From: Candidatus Limnocylindrales bacterium
GTDB lineage: Bacteria > Chloroflexota > Limnocylindria > Limnocylindrales > CSP1-4
NCBI GenBank assembly: GCA_046714395.1
Contig: JBKKBB010000071.1
Location: 1 to 38,937, forward strand
Direction: 5' to 3'
Length of the DNA stretch: 38,937 bases
The notes under the pieces are model-generated. The model ran no database searches. It was not told the origin of the DNA and saw only the letters and a program-made list of their open reading frames with translations. Shown piece by piece: positions 1 to 8,411 of this stretch. Both the position numbers and the translations under genes were made by a program. Every line of letters starts with the position of its first letter. The stretch's first letter is position 1.

Positions 1-16
1 CCAGCGGGGGGGGGTC

Positions 17-37
17 GGGGGGTCGGCCCCCCCCTTT
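17..37. terminator. GC-homopolymer hairpin between convergent genes (possible bidirectional terminator)
   Basis: On the plus strand: G6 (17-22), loop TCGG, C8 (27-34), then TTT (35-37). On the minus strand the same runs give CCCCCC-GCAAA-GGGGGG (45-27), just downstream of the stop of 67..903. There is no long U tract, so this is weak. Confidence 0.25.
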
Positions 38-66
38 GCGGGGGGCGGCAGGTACTGGGTTCTGTC

Positions 67-903
67 CTAGCGCTCGATGCGCCGGGTCGAGAGGCGCACG
101 GCGCCCAGGAGGGTGATGAGCCCGGCACCGATCAGCAGTGCGGTCATCGGAAGCGAGGAGGACGTTGTCGCGACGGACGAGGCCTCCATGTCGGTCGGAG
201 GGACGGTCGGCGCAGGCGTCAGGGCGCCGATCGCGAAGGCGGTGTAGGCCGTGCCTGCCGCGAGGGTCAGGGCAGCGGGATCGAGCGGGCAAACGCTGTT
301 GTCGGCGTTCGCGCAGACCTTGAGGTCGTACGTGGCGGCCGGCAGCGGCAGGTAGCCCGTCGCGTTCGGGTAGGCGAGGTTGTCGACGACAGTCGTCGCG
401 CCGTCCTGGGTAAGGACGTCCACGGCGGGCGTGTCAGCGGAGAAATGGACGGCGCGGACCTGCGCGTTGCCGGCGTCAAGGACCGCGGCGTCCTCGATCA
501 CCTGAGCCTGGATGGAAGCGAGCAGGTTTGTGGCGGCGACCGTGTACTTCTTTCCGACTGCGAAGGTCAGATCGGCATTGATGACACAGGTCGTGGTGCC
601 AGCGGCGCAGACCTTGATGTTGTACGTGCCGGCGTCGACGGGGATGTAGTCAGAGATCGTGCCGAACGCGACGTTCGTCAACACGTTGGCGTCGTTCACC
701 TTGACGTCGACGGCGGGGGCGTCGGGCGATGCGTGGAGGACGCGAACCCACGCCTTGCCGGCCGCAGGGGCGTCAGTGGAGTCGACCGAGACGACGGCCG
801 TAAGGGGAGCGCGTGTAGCGGCGGCCACCGGGCCGGCGACAATCGCAATGGTCGCGGCGGCGGCGACGATCGCGCTGAGCCGTGAAAGCTTCCTGGACAT
901 CAC
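67..903 (-). CDS. DUF4397 domain-containing secreted/cell-surface protein (two tandem DUF4397 repeats)
   Basis: AGGAGG (917-912) lies 8 nt upstream of GTG 903. The N-terminus is signal-peptide-like (KLSRLSAIVAAAATIAIVAGPVAAA). Two internal repeats are present (VRVLHASPDAPAVDVKV... and VRAVHFSADTPAVDVL...). The C-terminus is LPMTA, then a hydrophobic helix, then an RRIER tail. Confidence 0.85.
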   Translation of the reverse strand: MMSRKLSRLSAIVAAAATIAIVAGPVAAATRAPLTAVVSVDSTDAPAAGKAWVRVLHASPDAPAVDVKVNDANVLTNVAFGTISDYIPVDAGTYNIKVCAAGTTTCVINADLTFAVGKKYTVAATNLLASIQAQVIEDAAVLDAGNAQVRAVHFSADTPAVDVLTQDGATTVVDNLAYPNATGYLPLPAATYDLKVCANADNSVCPLDPAALTLAAGTAYTAFAIGALTPAPTVPPTDMEASSVATTSSSLPMTALLIGAGLITLLGAVRLSTRRIER

Positions 904-972
904 TGGTGTTGCCTCCTTGTTGCCGCGGCCGGCTGGTTCCGACTGCGCCTGGTGAGCGAAATCGCTCGGTTG

Positions 973-1005
973 TTGTAGACAGTTTGTAGAAGGTCTGTGC
1001 AGACA
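973..1005 (-). promoter_or_regulatory. Three phased 11-bp direct repeats, candidate CarH/LitR-type operator
   Basis: Plus-strand 11-mers are TTGTAGACAGT / TTGTAGAAGGT / CTGTGCAGACA. All share nTGTnnAnnnn, which on the minus strand reads nnnnTnnACAn. They begin inside the -10 of the minus-strand promoter. Confidence 0.4.
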
Positions 1006-1032
1006 TTAGTCGGTCATACTCCTAGTTGTCAA
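1003..1032 (-). promoter_or_regulatory. Sigma-70/SigA-type promoter for the DUF4397 gene
   Basis: On the minus strand: TTGACA (1032-1027), an 18-nt spacer, then TAATGT (1008-1003). The -35 matches consensus perfectly and the -10 fits TAnnnT. The region is locally AT-rich. Confidence 0.45.
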
Positions 1033-1036
1033 GTGT

Positions 1037-1066
1037 TTGCAAAAGGTGATCGTCCGGGTGTAGGCT
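1037..1066 (+). promoter_or_regulatory. Promoter for the merR-photolyase operon (near-leaderless)
   Basis: TTGCAA (1037-1042), an 18-nt spacer, TAGGCT (1061-1066). The ATG at 1076 lies only 9 nt after the -10 and no SD is visible. Confidence 0.4.
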
Positions 1067-1075
1067 TCACAAACC

Positions 1076-1945
1076 ATGTACACAATCAAACAAGCGGCCG
1101 CACGCAGCGGCGTCGGCGTGTCCCTGCTGCGAGCCTGGGAGCGACGCTATGGCGTGGTGGCCCCGATCCGCACCCCGGGTGGGTACCGCCTCTATGACGA
1201 CGATGCGATCACGCGCCTCCGGTGCATGCGCCAGCTCGTCGATGGCGGGTGGGCGGCGTCGCAGGCGGCCGAGGCGGTCCTGGCTGGGCTGATCGAACCG
1301 CCGGTGCCGCCTCCGAGCACCGTGGCCGCCCATGCGGACGTCGAGGCATTCCTCACAGCGGTGGCGGGCTACGACACCGTCGGGATCGATTCGGTCCTCG
1401 ATGCGTTCTTCTCGCGCGGCTCATTCGAGGCAGTGGTCGACGACCTCGTGCTGCCTGCGGTCGCCGCGCTCGGGCCCGCGCGGGCCTCCGGGCGCATCGA
1501 CGTCGCCGCCGAGCACCTCGCGAGCGCAACGGTCCAGCGGCGCCTTGCGGCGTTGTTCGATCTCGGAGGTGCGCCCGGCGTCGGCGCGACGGTGGTTGTG
1601 GGCCTCCCGCCGAGTTGTCGGCATGAGATCGGGACCCTCGCCTTCGCAGTGGCCCTGCGACGACAGGGCGTGAACGTCCTGTATCTCGGGCCGGACGTTC
1701 CCATTGCATCGTGGGTCCACGTGGTCACCGAGCGCCCAACAGCAGCCGTGGTCATCGGGGTGGCGGTTCCGGATGACATCGATCCCGCCGATGCGGTCGC
1801 CGTCGCGATCCACGACGCCCGCCCTCGTGTGGTCATCGCGGTCGGCGGACCGGCCGCCGGCGCTGCTGTTTCGAATGTCCGAGTCCTGGCCGACCGGGTC
1901 AGCGACGCCGCGCTCGAGGTCGCAGGGCTCGTCCGCGCCCGCTGA
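1076..1945 (+). CDS. MerR-family transcriptional regulator with C-terminal cobalamin-binding domain (CarH/LitR-like)
   Basis: N-terminal MerR HTH (YTIKQAAARSGVGVSLLRAWERRYGVV...GGYRLYDDDAITRL). Helical-bundle segment ending in ...RIDVAAEHLAS. Rossmann-like B12 domain with VVVGLPPSCRHEIGTLAFAV (xHxxG) and AVGGPAA. Confidence 0.8.
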   Translation: MYTIKQAAARSGVGVSLLRAWERRYGVVAPIRTPGGYRLYDDDAITRLRCMRQLVDGGWAASQAAEAVLAGLIEPPVPPPSTVAAHADVEAFLTAVAGYDTVGIDSVLDAFFSRGSFEAVVDDLVLPAVAALGPARASGRIDVAAEHLASATVQRRLAALFDLGGAPGVGATVVVGLPPSCRHEIGTLAFAVALRRQGVNVLYLGPDVPIASWVHVVTERPTAAVVIGVAVPDDIDPADAVAVAIHDARPRVVIAVGGPAAGAAVSNVRVLADRVSDAALEVAGLVRAR

Positions 1946-1954
1946 GTTTCGCGC

Positions 1955-3262
1955 ATGGACTCGGACCGAAGCCCCGTTGTCGTTTGGTTCCGCCGCGACC
2001 TGCGGCTTGATGACCATCCCGCCCTGAATAGCGCCGTGGCGACGGGTCGACAGATCGTCCCACTCGTGGTCATCGACGATCGCCTGGCATTGTCGCGGAC
2101 GATGAGCCAGCGGCGTTGGCAACGGTTCGAAAGTGCCGTAGGGGCCCTGGATCGTGACCTGCGACGCATCGGCGGCCGCCTGATCCTGCGCCGAGGCGAC
2201 CCGCGCGCCGTCATCCCTGGCGTCGTCCGGGAGGTCGGCGCTGACGAGGTGTACGCGAGTCGGGACCTCACTCCCTATGCCGTCCGGCGCGACGAGGATA
2301 TCGGCTCACGATTACGTCTGCGCCTCTTCAGCGGATTGTTGGTCGTGGAACCCGAGGCGACCGGGCCCGTCAGGATCTTCACGCCGTTTCATCGTCGCTG
2401 GGTAGCCGTCGCGCAGTCGGACCCGGTGGCACCTCCAACGAGCCTCGACGTTCCCGACCGAATCCCCAGCGAGGCGGTCCCGGCCGGCCCACCGGCGGGT
2501 GGACCCGAGGCGCTGGCCAGACTGCGGGAGTTCGCAAGGCGGGCCCCTGCCAGGTATGAGATGGACCGGCACCGGCTGGACGTTGACGGAACCAGCTCCC
2601 TCTCGGTTGACTTCCACTTCGGGACGCTATCTGCCCGGCGGGCCATGTCGGAAGTGGGATCGCCCGCCTTTTCCCGGCAGCTGGCCTGGCGCGACTGGGC
2701 ACACCACTTGCTGTGGTACGAACGGGCGGCGAGTTCAAACCTGACGACCGATAGCCGCGGGGAGATCGACTGGCTCGAGGACCCGGTGGGCGTCGATGCG
2801 TGGCGTGAGGGTCTGACTGGATTTCCGGCCGTGGACGCGGCCATGCGCCAGCTATCCGCGACCGGAACGATGCACAATCGGGCCCGGATGATCGTCGGCT
2901 CGTTCCTGACCAAGGACCTGCTCGTGGACTGGCGGGTGGGCGAAGCGCACTTCCTGCGGCACCTGATCGACGCCGACATCGCCAACAACCGGCTCGGCTG
3001 GCGCTGGGTGGCGGGCGTCGGCCCCGACGCAGCTCCCTTCATCCGCGTTCTCAACCCATCCCTTCAGGGCGAGCGGTTCGACCCACATGGAACCTGGACA
3101 CGGCGCTGGGTTCCTGAAGTCGCGCATCTGCCGGACGCGACCATTCATCGGCCGTGGCTCGCCAAGGGCGGAGGACCGGACGGGTATCCCGCTCCCATCG
3201 TGGATCACCTTGCCGCTCGCCAGCGCGCGATCAGGGCTTTTGCCACTCGGCGACGCTCCTGA
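1955..3262 (+). CDS. phr: Deoxyribodipyrimidine photolyase (cryptochrome/photolyase family, class I CPD-like)
   Basis: VVVWFRRDLRLDDHPAL at the N-terminus. The FAD-binding region is TGFPAVDAAMRQL..TGTMHNRARMIVGSFLTKDLLVDWRVGEAHF...NNRLGWRWVAG...DAAPFIRVLNPSLQGERFDP. Confidence 0.93.
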   Translation: MDSDRSPVVVWFRRDLRLDDHPALNSAVATGRQIVPLVVIDDRLALSRTMSQRRWQRFESAVGALDRDLRRIGGRLILRRGDPRAVIPGVVREVGADEVYASRDLTPYAVRRDEDIGSRLRLRLFSGLLVVEPEATGPVRIFTPFHRRWVAVAQSDPVAPPTSLDVPDRIPSEAVPAGPPAGGPEALARLREFARRAPARYEMDRHRLDVDGTSSLSVDFHFGTLSARRAMSEVGSPAFSRQLAWRDWAHHLLWYERAASSNLTTDSRGEIDWLEDPVGVDAWREGLTGFPAVDAAMRQLSATGTMHNRARMIVGSFLTKDLLVDWRVGEAHFLRHLIDADIANNRLGWRWVAGVGPDAAPFIRVLNPSLQGERFDPHGTWTRRWVPEVAHLPDATIHRPWLAKGGGPDGYPAPIVDHLAARQRAIRAFATRRRS

Positions 3263-3270
3263 CTCACGGA

Positions 3271-3297
3271 GCGACTCCGGTCGACCGGCCCGGTCGC
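3271..3297 (+). terminator. Stem-loop downstream of photolyase (possible terminator)
   Basis: GCGAC (3271-75) and GTCGC (3293-97) flank the 12-bp palindrome CCGGTCGACCGG (3277-88). The U-rich tail is poor (TAGGATTAGG). Confidence 0.3.
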
Positions 3298-3367
3298 TAG
3301 GATTAGGAGACTCCCCGATCCCGGCCGGCCCGGAACCCGATCATTGCTTACAGCGCAGGAGACTTCG

Positions 3368-4135
3368 ATGCGACTCAAGGACAAGGTTTCCATCATCACG
3401 GGCGGTGGCTCCGGCATGGGCCGGGTGGCCTCGCTGATGTTCGCCGCCGAGGGCTCGAAGGTCGTCGTCGCCGAGTTCAACGACGTTGCCGGCGAGGAAA
3501 CCGTCCGGCTCGTCCGCGAGGCCGGCGGCGAGGCGACCTTCGTCAAGACGAACGTGGCCGACGAGGCGAGTGCCAAGGGCATGGTCGATCACGCCGTTTC
3601 GACGTACGGGCGCGTCGACGTCCTGTACAACAATGCGGGGATCATGCCCGAGGCCGATCACTCGGTCATCGACACGTCCGTCGACGACTGGGATCGGGTC
3701 ATGGCTGTCAACGTCCGGGGCGTGTTCCTGGGCTGCAAGTACGCGATCCCCGTGATGGTCGAGCAGGGCTCCGGCTCCATCATCAACATTTCCAGCTTCG
3801 TGGCGATCCTTGGCTGCTCGAATCCGCAGGATGCCTACACGGCCTCCAAGGGCGCGGTCCTTGCCCTTACGAAGTCGCTTGCCGTCCAGTTCGCCCCGAA
3901 GGGCGTGCGCACCAATGCGATCTGCCCGGGGCCGGTCGAGACGCCGCTTCTGATGGACTGGCTGGTCAAGGACGAGGACGCCAAGCGAATCCGCTTGAAC
4001 CGCAACCCAACCGGACGATTCGGCAAGCCCGAAGAGATCGTCGCGATGGGCATCTACCTCGCCAGCGACGAATCCCGCTGGACGAATGGGGCGGCGATGG
4101 TCGTGGACGGCGGCATTACGGTCAACTACTTCTAG
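3368..4135 (+). CDS. SDR-family NAD(P)-dependent oxidoreductase
   Basis: AGGAG (3357-61) lies 6 nt before ATG 3368. Motifs present: TGGGSGMG cofactor motif, NNAG, and YTASKGAV (YxxxK) catalytic motif. Confidence 0.9.
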   Translation: MRLKDKVSIITGGGSGMGRVASLMFAAEGSKVVVAEFNDVAGEETVRLVREAGGEATFVKTNVADEASAKGMVDHAVSTYGRVDVLYNNAGIMPEADHSVIDTSVDDWDRVMAVNVRGVFLGCKYAIPVMVEQGSGSIINISSFVAILGCSNPQDAYTASKGAVLALTKSLAVQFAPKGVRTNAICPGPVETPLLMDWLVKDEDAKRIRLNRNPTGRFGKPEEIVAMGIYLASDESRWTNGAAMVVDGGITVNYF

Positions 4136-4151
4136 GCCGGGGCGATCGCCG

Positions 4152-4914
4152 GTGTCGACTGGGATCGCGATCGGGGTCGACGTCGGTGGCAGCGCGATCA
4201 TGGCGGGCGCGGTCGACACGGCGACCGGCCGGCTGGTCGGATCCAGGCGCAGGGTGGCCACGCCCCCGCCGTCGACGCCGGCGGCGGTCGTGAACGTCAT
4301 CGCCGGCCTCGTGGCCCGGATCGGGCGCGGGACCGGGGCTCCCGCGGCCGGCGTGGGAGTGGGCGTGCCGAGCGTGGTGATCGGGGGCGTGACGAAGTCG
4401 GCCGCCAACATCGACCAGGCCTGGATCGGGTCGACGCCGGTGGCGCGCTCGAGGCGGCGATCGGCCGGCCCGTCCTGGTCCTCAACGACGCGGACGCGGC
4501 CGGTCTCGCCGAGATGCGCTTCGGCGCGGCGCGGGTCGTCGCGGGACCGTCCTCGTCCCGACCCTCGGGACCGGGCTCGGCTCGGCGCTCTTCACCGACG
4601 GGAAGCTCGTCCCGAACACGGAGCTGGAGCACATGGAGATCCGGGGCGGCGACGCCGAGCACCGTTCCGCGGCCGTCGCCCGGGTCCGGGACAAGCTCTC
4701 CTGGGAGGCCTGGGCCGCCGACCTCGACGAGCATCTCCGCGCGATCGACCGGCTCTTCTGGCCGGACCTCATCATCCTCGGCGGTGGGGTCTCGCAGGAC
4801 GCCGATCGCTTCCTCCCCTTCCTCACCGTTCGCCCGCCGGTCGTCCCGGCCGAGCTCCGCAACGACGCCGGAATCGTGGGCGCGGCGATGGCCGCGGCGG
4901 AGGCCGCCGGGTAG
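4152..4914 (+). pseudogene. ppgK: Polyphosphate glucokinase (ROK family) interrupted by two -1 frameshifts
   Basis: PPGK-like sequence occupies three consecutive frames. Segment 1: GIAIGVDVGGS...SAANIDQAWIG (to about 4430). Segment 2: VDAGGALEAAIGRPVLVLNDADAAGLAEMRFGAAR (to about 4535). Segment 3: GTVLVPTLGTGLGSALFTDGKLVPNTELEHMEIRGGDAE...GIVGAAMAAAEAAG (stop at 4914). GTG 4152 follows the SDR stop. Confidence 0.75.
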
Positions 4915-5014
4915 CTCCGCGGCTCCGACGCAGAGGAGCGCGGCGCGCCCGGACGGACGGCGGCCGGATCGCGGGCCGGCACCGGGATAATGGCGCCATG
5001 CATCCCCCACCGCC

Positions 5015-6754
5015 GTGACCGAGACGATCGCGTTCATCCTGCACGTCGGCGTCGCGACGTCGGCGGCCCTGCTCGGCGGCGCGATCGCCCGACGCCTGGG
5101 TCAGCCCCCGCTGGTGGGGTACCTCCTCGCGGGGATTGCGATCGGGCCGTTCACGCCGGGGTTCGTCGGCGACGTCGGGCAGATCTCCGCGCTCGCCGAG
5201 GTCGGGGTCGTCCTCCTCGTCTTCGCCCTCGGCGTCGAGTTCTCCCTCCGCGAGCTGTACGCCGTGCGAAAGGTGGCCCTCGGCGCCGCGCTCGCCCAGA
5301 TCGGGATCACGGTGGGTGTCGGGAGCGCGCTCGCGGTCGTGGTCGGCCTCGAGCCGCGCGCGGCGCTCGTCGTCGGCGCCGTCCTGGCGATCTCGTCGAC
5401 CCTCGTCGTCGCCAAAGCCCTCGAGGAGCGCGGGCAGCTCGACAGCATCCATGGCCGGAACGCCATCGGCTGGATGATCGTCCAGGACGTGGCGACGATC
5501 GTGTTCATCGTCGCCCTCCCGGCGCTGGCGGCGGACGAGCTGTCGGTGGCACCCATCCTCCTCGCCCTCGGCAAGGGCGCGATCTTCCTGCTGATCGCGT
5601 TCGTCGCTGGGACGCGCCTGCTGCCGGTGCTCTTCGCCGCCGTGGCCCGTCTCGGATCGCCCGAGCTGTTCCTCCTCGCGGTGGTCTCCACGGCCCTCCT
5701 GACGGCCTTCGTTTCCAGCGCGGTCTTCGGGCTGTCGCTCGCCCTCGGCGCGTTCGTCGCCGGCGTCCTCATCTCCGAATCGGATCTCGCCCACCAGGCG
5801 GCGGCCGAGGTGATCCCCTTCCGCGACCTCTTCGCGGTCCTCTTCTTCGTCGCCGTCGGCATGCTCGTCGATCCGACCACGCTGCTGTCGCAGGCCCCGC
5901 TCATCGCCCTGCTGGTCATCGTCGCCGTCGCCGGGAAGGGTTTACTCTCGGTCGGGCTGGCGCGAGCCTTCGGGCTCCCCGCCCGCTCGGCGATCCTGCT
6001 CGGCGCCGCGATCGCCCAGGTGGGCGAGTTCAGCCTGATCATCGCCGCCGATGCGAGCGAGCTCGGCCTGGTCGACGGGGCCGTCTACAACGCGATCCTC
6101 GCCACGACGATCGTCAGCATTGCCCTGGCCGCGCCGATCCGCCGGCTGGCCGATGGGTTCGCCAGCGGGCTGGAGCACCGGACCACGGCGACCTGGGCGA
6201 GCCGGTTCCTCGGGTCCCCCGTCGGAGCGCACGCCACGCCGGGGGGCGGCGGCGACGCGCCGGAGCCCGACTCGCCGAGCCAGGTCCGCCGGCGGATCGT
6301 GGTCGCCGGCGCCGGGCGGGTCGGCCGCATCGTGACCCGGGCCGTCCGGGCCCGATCCTTCTCCTGCCTGGTCATCGACCGCGATCGAGGCCGCCTCGAC
6401 GACGTCGCGGCGCTCGGCGCCGACACCCTGTACGGCGACGCGGCGCGGCCCGAGATCCTGCAGCGGGCCGGCCTGGACCGGGCGGTCGTGCTCGTCATCG
6501 CCATCGGCGATCCGCTGACGGCGCATCTCGTGGCCGAGCGCGCCCGTCATCTCAGCCCGGGCCTGATGATTGCCTCGCGGGCACGGGGCACCCGCCAGGC
6601 CCGCGATCTGCGCGGCGCCGGGGTGAACCGGCTGGCGGACCCCGAGATCGAGGCCGCGATCGAGCTTGCCAGGCACGCCCTCCAGCGGATGGGCGTCTCC
6701 GGCGGCGAGCTGACGGCGATCACGACCGGTCTGCGCCGCGCGGCGTACCGCTGA
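5015..6754 (+). CDS. Cation:proton antiporter (CPA2/Kef-type) with C-terminal RCK/TrkA-N domain
   Basis: Multi-TM N-terminus with the ...GQPPLVGYLLAGIAIGPF... signature. The C-terminal Rossmann motif is IVVAGAGRVGRIV. Confidence 0.9.
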   Translation: MTETIAFILHVGVATSAALLGGAIARRLGQPPLVGYLLAGIAIGPFTPGFVGDVGQISALAEVGVVLLVFALGVEFSLRELYAVRKVALGAALAQIGITVGVGSALAVVVGLEPRAALVVGAVLAISSTLVVAKALEERGQLDSIHGRNAIGWMIVQDVATIVFIVALPALAADELSVAPILLALGKGAIFLLIAFVAGTRLLPVLFAAVARLGSPELFLLAVVSTALLTAFVSSAVFGLSLALGAFVAGVLISESDLAHQAAAEVIPFRDLFAVLFFVAVGMLVDPTTLLSQAPLIALLVIVAVAGKGLLSVGLARAFGLPARSAILLGAAIAQVGEFSLIIAADASELGLVDGAVYNAILATTIVSIALAAPIRRLADGFASGLEHRTTATWASRFLGSPVGAHATPGGGGDAPEPDSPSQVRRRIVVAGAGRVGRIVTRAVRARSFSCLVIDRDRGRLDDVAALGADTLYGDAARPEILQRAGLDRAVVLVIAIGDPLTAHLVAERARHLSPGLMIASRARGTRQARDLRGAGVNRLADPEIEAAIELARHALQRMGVSGGELTAITTGLRRAAYR

Positions 6755-6913
6755 GGGCCGGGCGAGGGCTGATCGCGGCGTCACCGGCGACCGGCCGGCG
6801 ACCGCGATCGGTCGCGCTCCGGACCCGGGCGTATCATCGCCCCCACGTCCGACCGACCCCATCCGCGGCGCGCCACGACCACCGGCGGCGCCCATTGAAC
6901 CGAGGTTCCTTCG

Positions 6914-8395
6914 ATGGCCATCGACCACACCAGCCCCGCCGCCATCAGCGCCATGAGGATGATGATCGGCGGTCAGTCCGTCGACGCCGCCGACGGCCAG
7001 ACGTTCGAGGTCGTGAATCCCGCGACTGGCGCCGTGATCGCGATCGCACCGCTGGGCGGCAAGACAGACGTCGACAGCGCCGTCGCGGCGGCTCGGAAGG
7101 CATTCGAGGACCCGAAGGGCTGGGCCACCTGGGCGGCGGGCAAACGGGGCCGCACGCTCGCGAAGTTCGCGGCGATCATCAAGGACCATAGCGAGGAGCT
7201 GGCCTGGCTGGAGACGCGCAACGTGGGCAAGCCGATCGGCTCGTCGCGCGGCGAGATCATCGGCGCGAGCCTGGTCTTCGACTACTACGCTGGCGCCGCG
7301 AACAAGGTCTTCGGCCAGACGATCCCCGTGTCCAAGCCGGGCCTGGATCTCACGCTGCGCGAGCCGATCGGGGTCGTCGGGCTCATCGTTCCGTGGAATT
7401 TCCCGCTGCTCATGGCCAGCTGGAAGCTGGGACCCGCGCTGGCGGCTGGCAACACCTGCATCCTCAAGCCGGCCAGCCTTTCCCCGATGACGGCGCTCCG
7501 GGTCGCCGAGCTGGCACTCGAGGCCGGCATTCCGGCGGGTGTCCTCAACGTCGTGACGGGTCCCGGCGGCACGGCCGGGGCCGCGATTGCGGCGCATCCG
7601 GGCATCGGCAAGGTGGCCTTCACTGGCGAGACCACGACCGGCCAGGAAATCATGCGGCTGGCCTCGAGCAACGTGAAGAAGATCAGCCTGGAGCTCGGGG
7701 GCAAGAGCCCCAACGTCATCTACGCGGACGCCAACCTCGAGCGCTTCGCCGCCGAATCGCCGTACTCGGTCTTCGACAACTGCGGGCAGGACTGCTGCGC
7801 GCGGAGCCGGATCATCGTTGAGCGCTCGGTCCACGATCAGGTCGTGGAGCTGTTCGCCGCAGCGACCCGCAAGGTCAAGGTCGGCAACCCGGAAGACGAG
7901 GCCACCGAAGTCGGCACGCTAGTCAGCTTCAAGCAGCGGGATCGCGTCCGCGACTACATCGAGATCGGCCTGGCCGAAGGCGCCAACCTCGTCGTCGGCG
8001 GCGAGGCTCCGGACGATGCGGCGCTCGCCGACGGTGCCTACCTGATGCCGGCGGTCTTCGACGGCGTCAACAACGACATGCGCATCGCCCGCGAGGAGAT
8101 CTTCGGCCCCGTCGTGTCGATCATTCCGTTCGATTCGGAAGAAGAGGCCATTCGTCTGGCCAACGCGACGCCGTACGGCCTGTCCGGATCAGTCTGGAGC
8201 AGCGACATCGGCAAGGCCCTGCGAACCGCGAAAGGCATCCAGGCCGGCGTCCTGTCGATCAACTCGAACAGCAGCGTCCACACCGAGGCCCCGTTCGGCG
8301 GCTACAAGATGTCGGGGATCGGGCGCGAACTCGGCATGTCGGCGATCGAGCTGTACACCGAGACGAAGAACATCTTCATCGACATCCGCCCGTAG
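6914..8395 (+). CDS. NAD(P)-dependent aldehyde dehydrogenase family protein
   Basis: Motifs present: VPWNFPLLMASWKLGPALAAGN, FTGETTTG, LELGGKSP, catalytic Cys region GQDCCARSR, and EEIFGPV. The substrate (a betaine/aminobutyraldehyde type is possible) is not determinable here. Confidence 0.92.
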   Translation: MAIDHTSPAAISAMRMMIGGQSVDAADGQTFEVVNPATGAVIAIAPLGGKTDVDSAVAAARKAFEDPKGWATWAAGKRGRTLAKFAAIIKDHSEELAWLETRNVGKPIGSSRGEIIGASLVFDYYAGAANKVFGQTIPVSKPGLDLTLREPIGVVGLIVPWNFPLLMASWKLGPALAAGNTCILKPASLSPMTALRVAELALEAGIPAGVLNVVTGPGGTAGAAIAAHPGIGKVAFTGETTTGQEIMRLASSNVKKISLELGGKSPNVIYADANLERFAAESPYSVFDNCGQDCCARSRIIVERSVHDQVVELFAAATRKVKVGNPEDEATEVGTLVSFKQRDRVRDYIEIGLAEGANLVVGGEAPDDAALADGAYLMPAVFDGVNNDMRIAREEIFGPVVSIIPFDSEEEAIRLANATPYGLSGSVWSSDIGKALRTAKGIQAGVLSINSNSSVHTEAPFGGYKMSGIGRELGMSAIELYTETKNIFIDIRP

Positions 8396-8411
8396 CCCGG
8401 TTCGGCGGCTC

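Noticed and set aside
4990-7191. A 733-aa plus-strand ORF (together with 5942..7834, 4823..5794 and 5101..6042 on the minus strand)
   Set aside because: These are Arg/Pro/Gly-rich, low-complexity off-frame or antisense shadows of the Kef-type antiporter and aldehyde dehydrogenase genes, as is typical of high-GC DNA.
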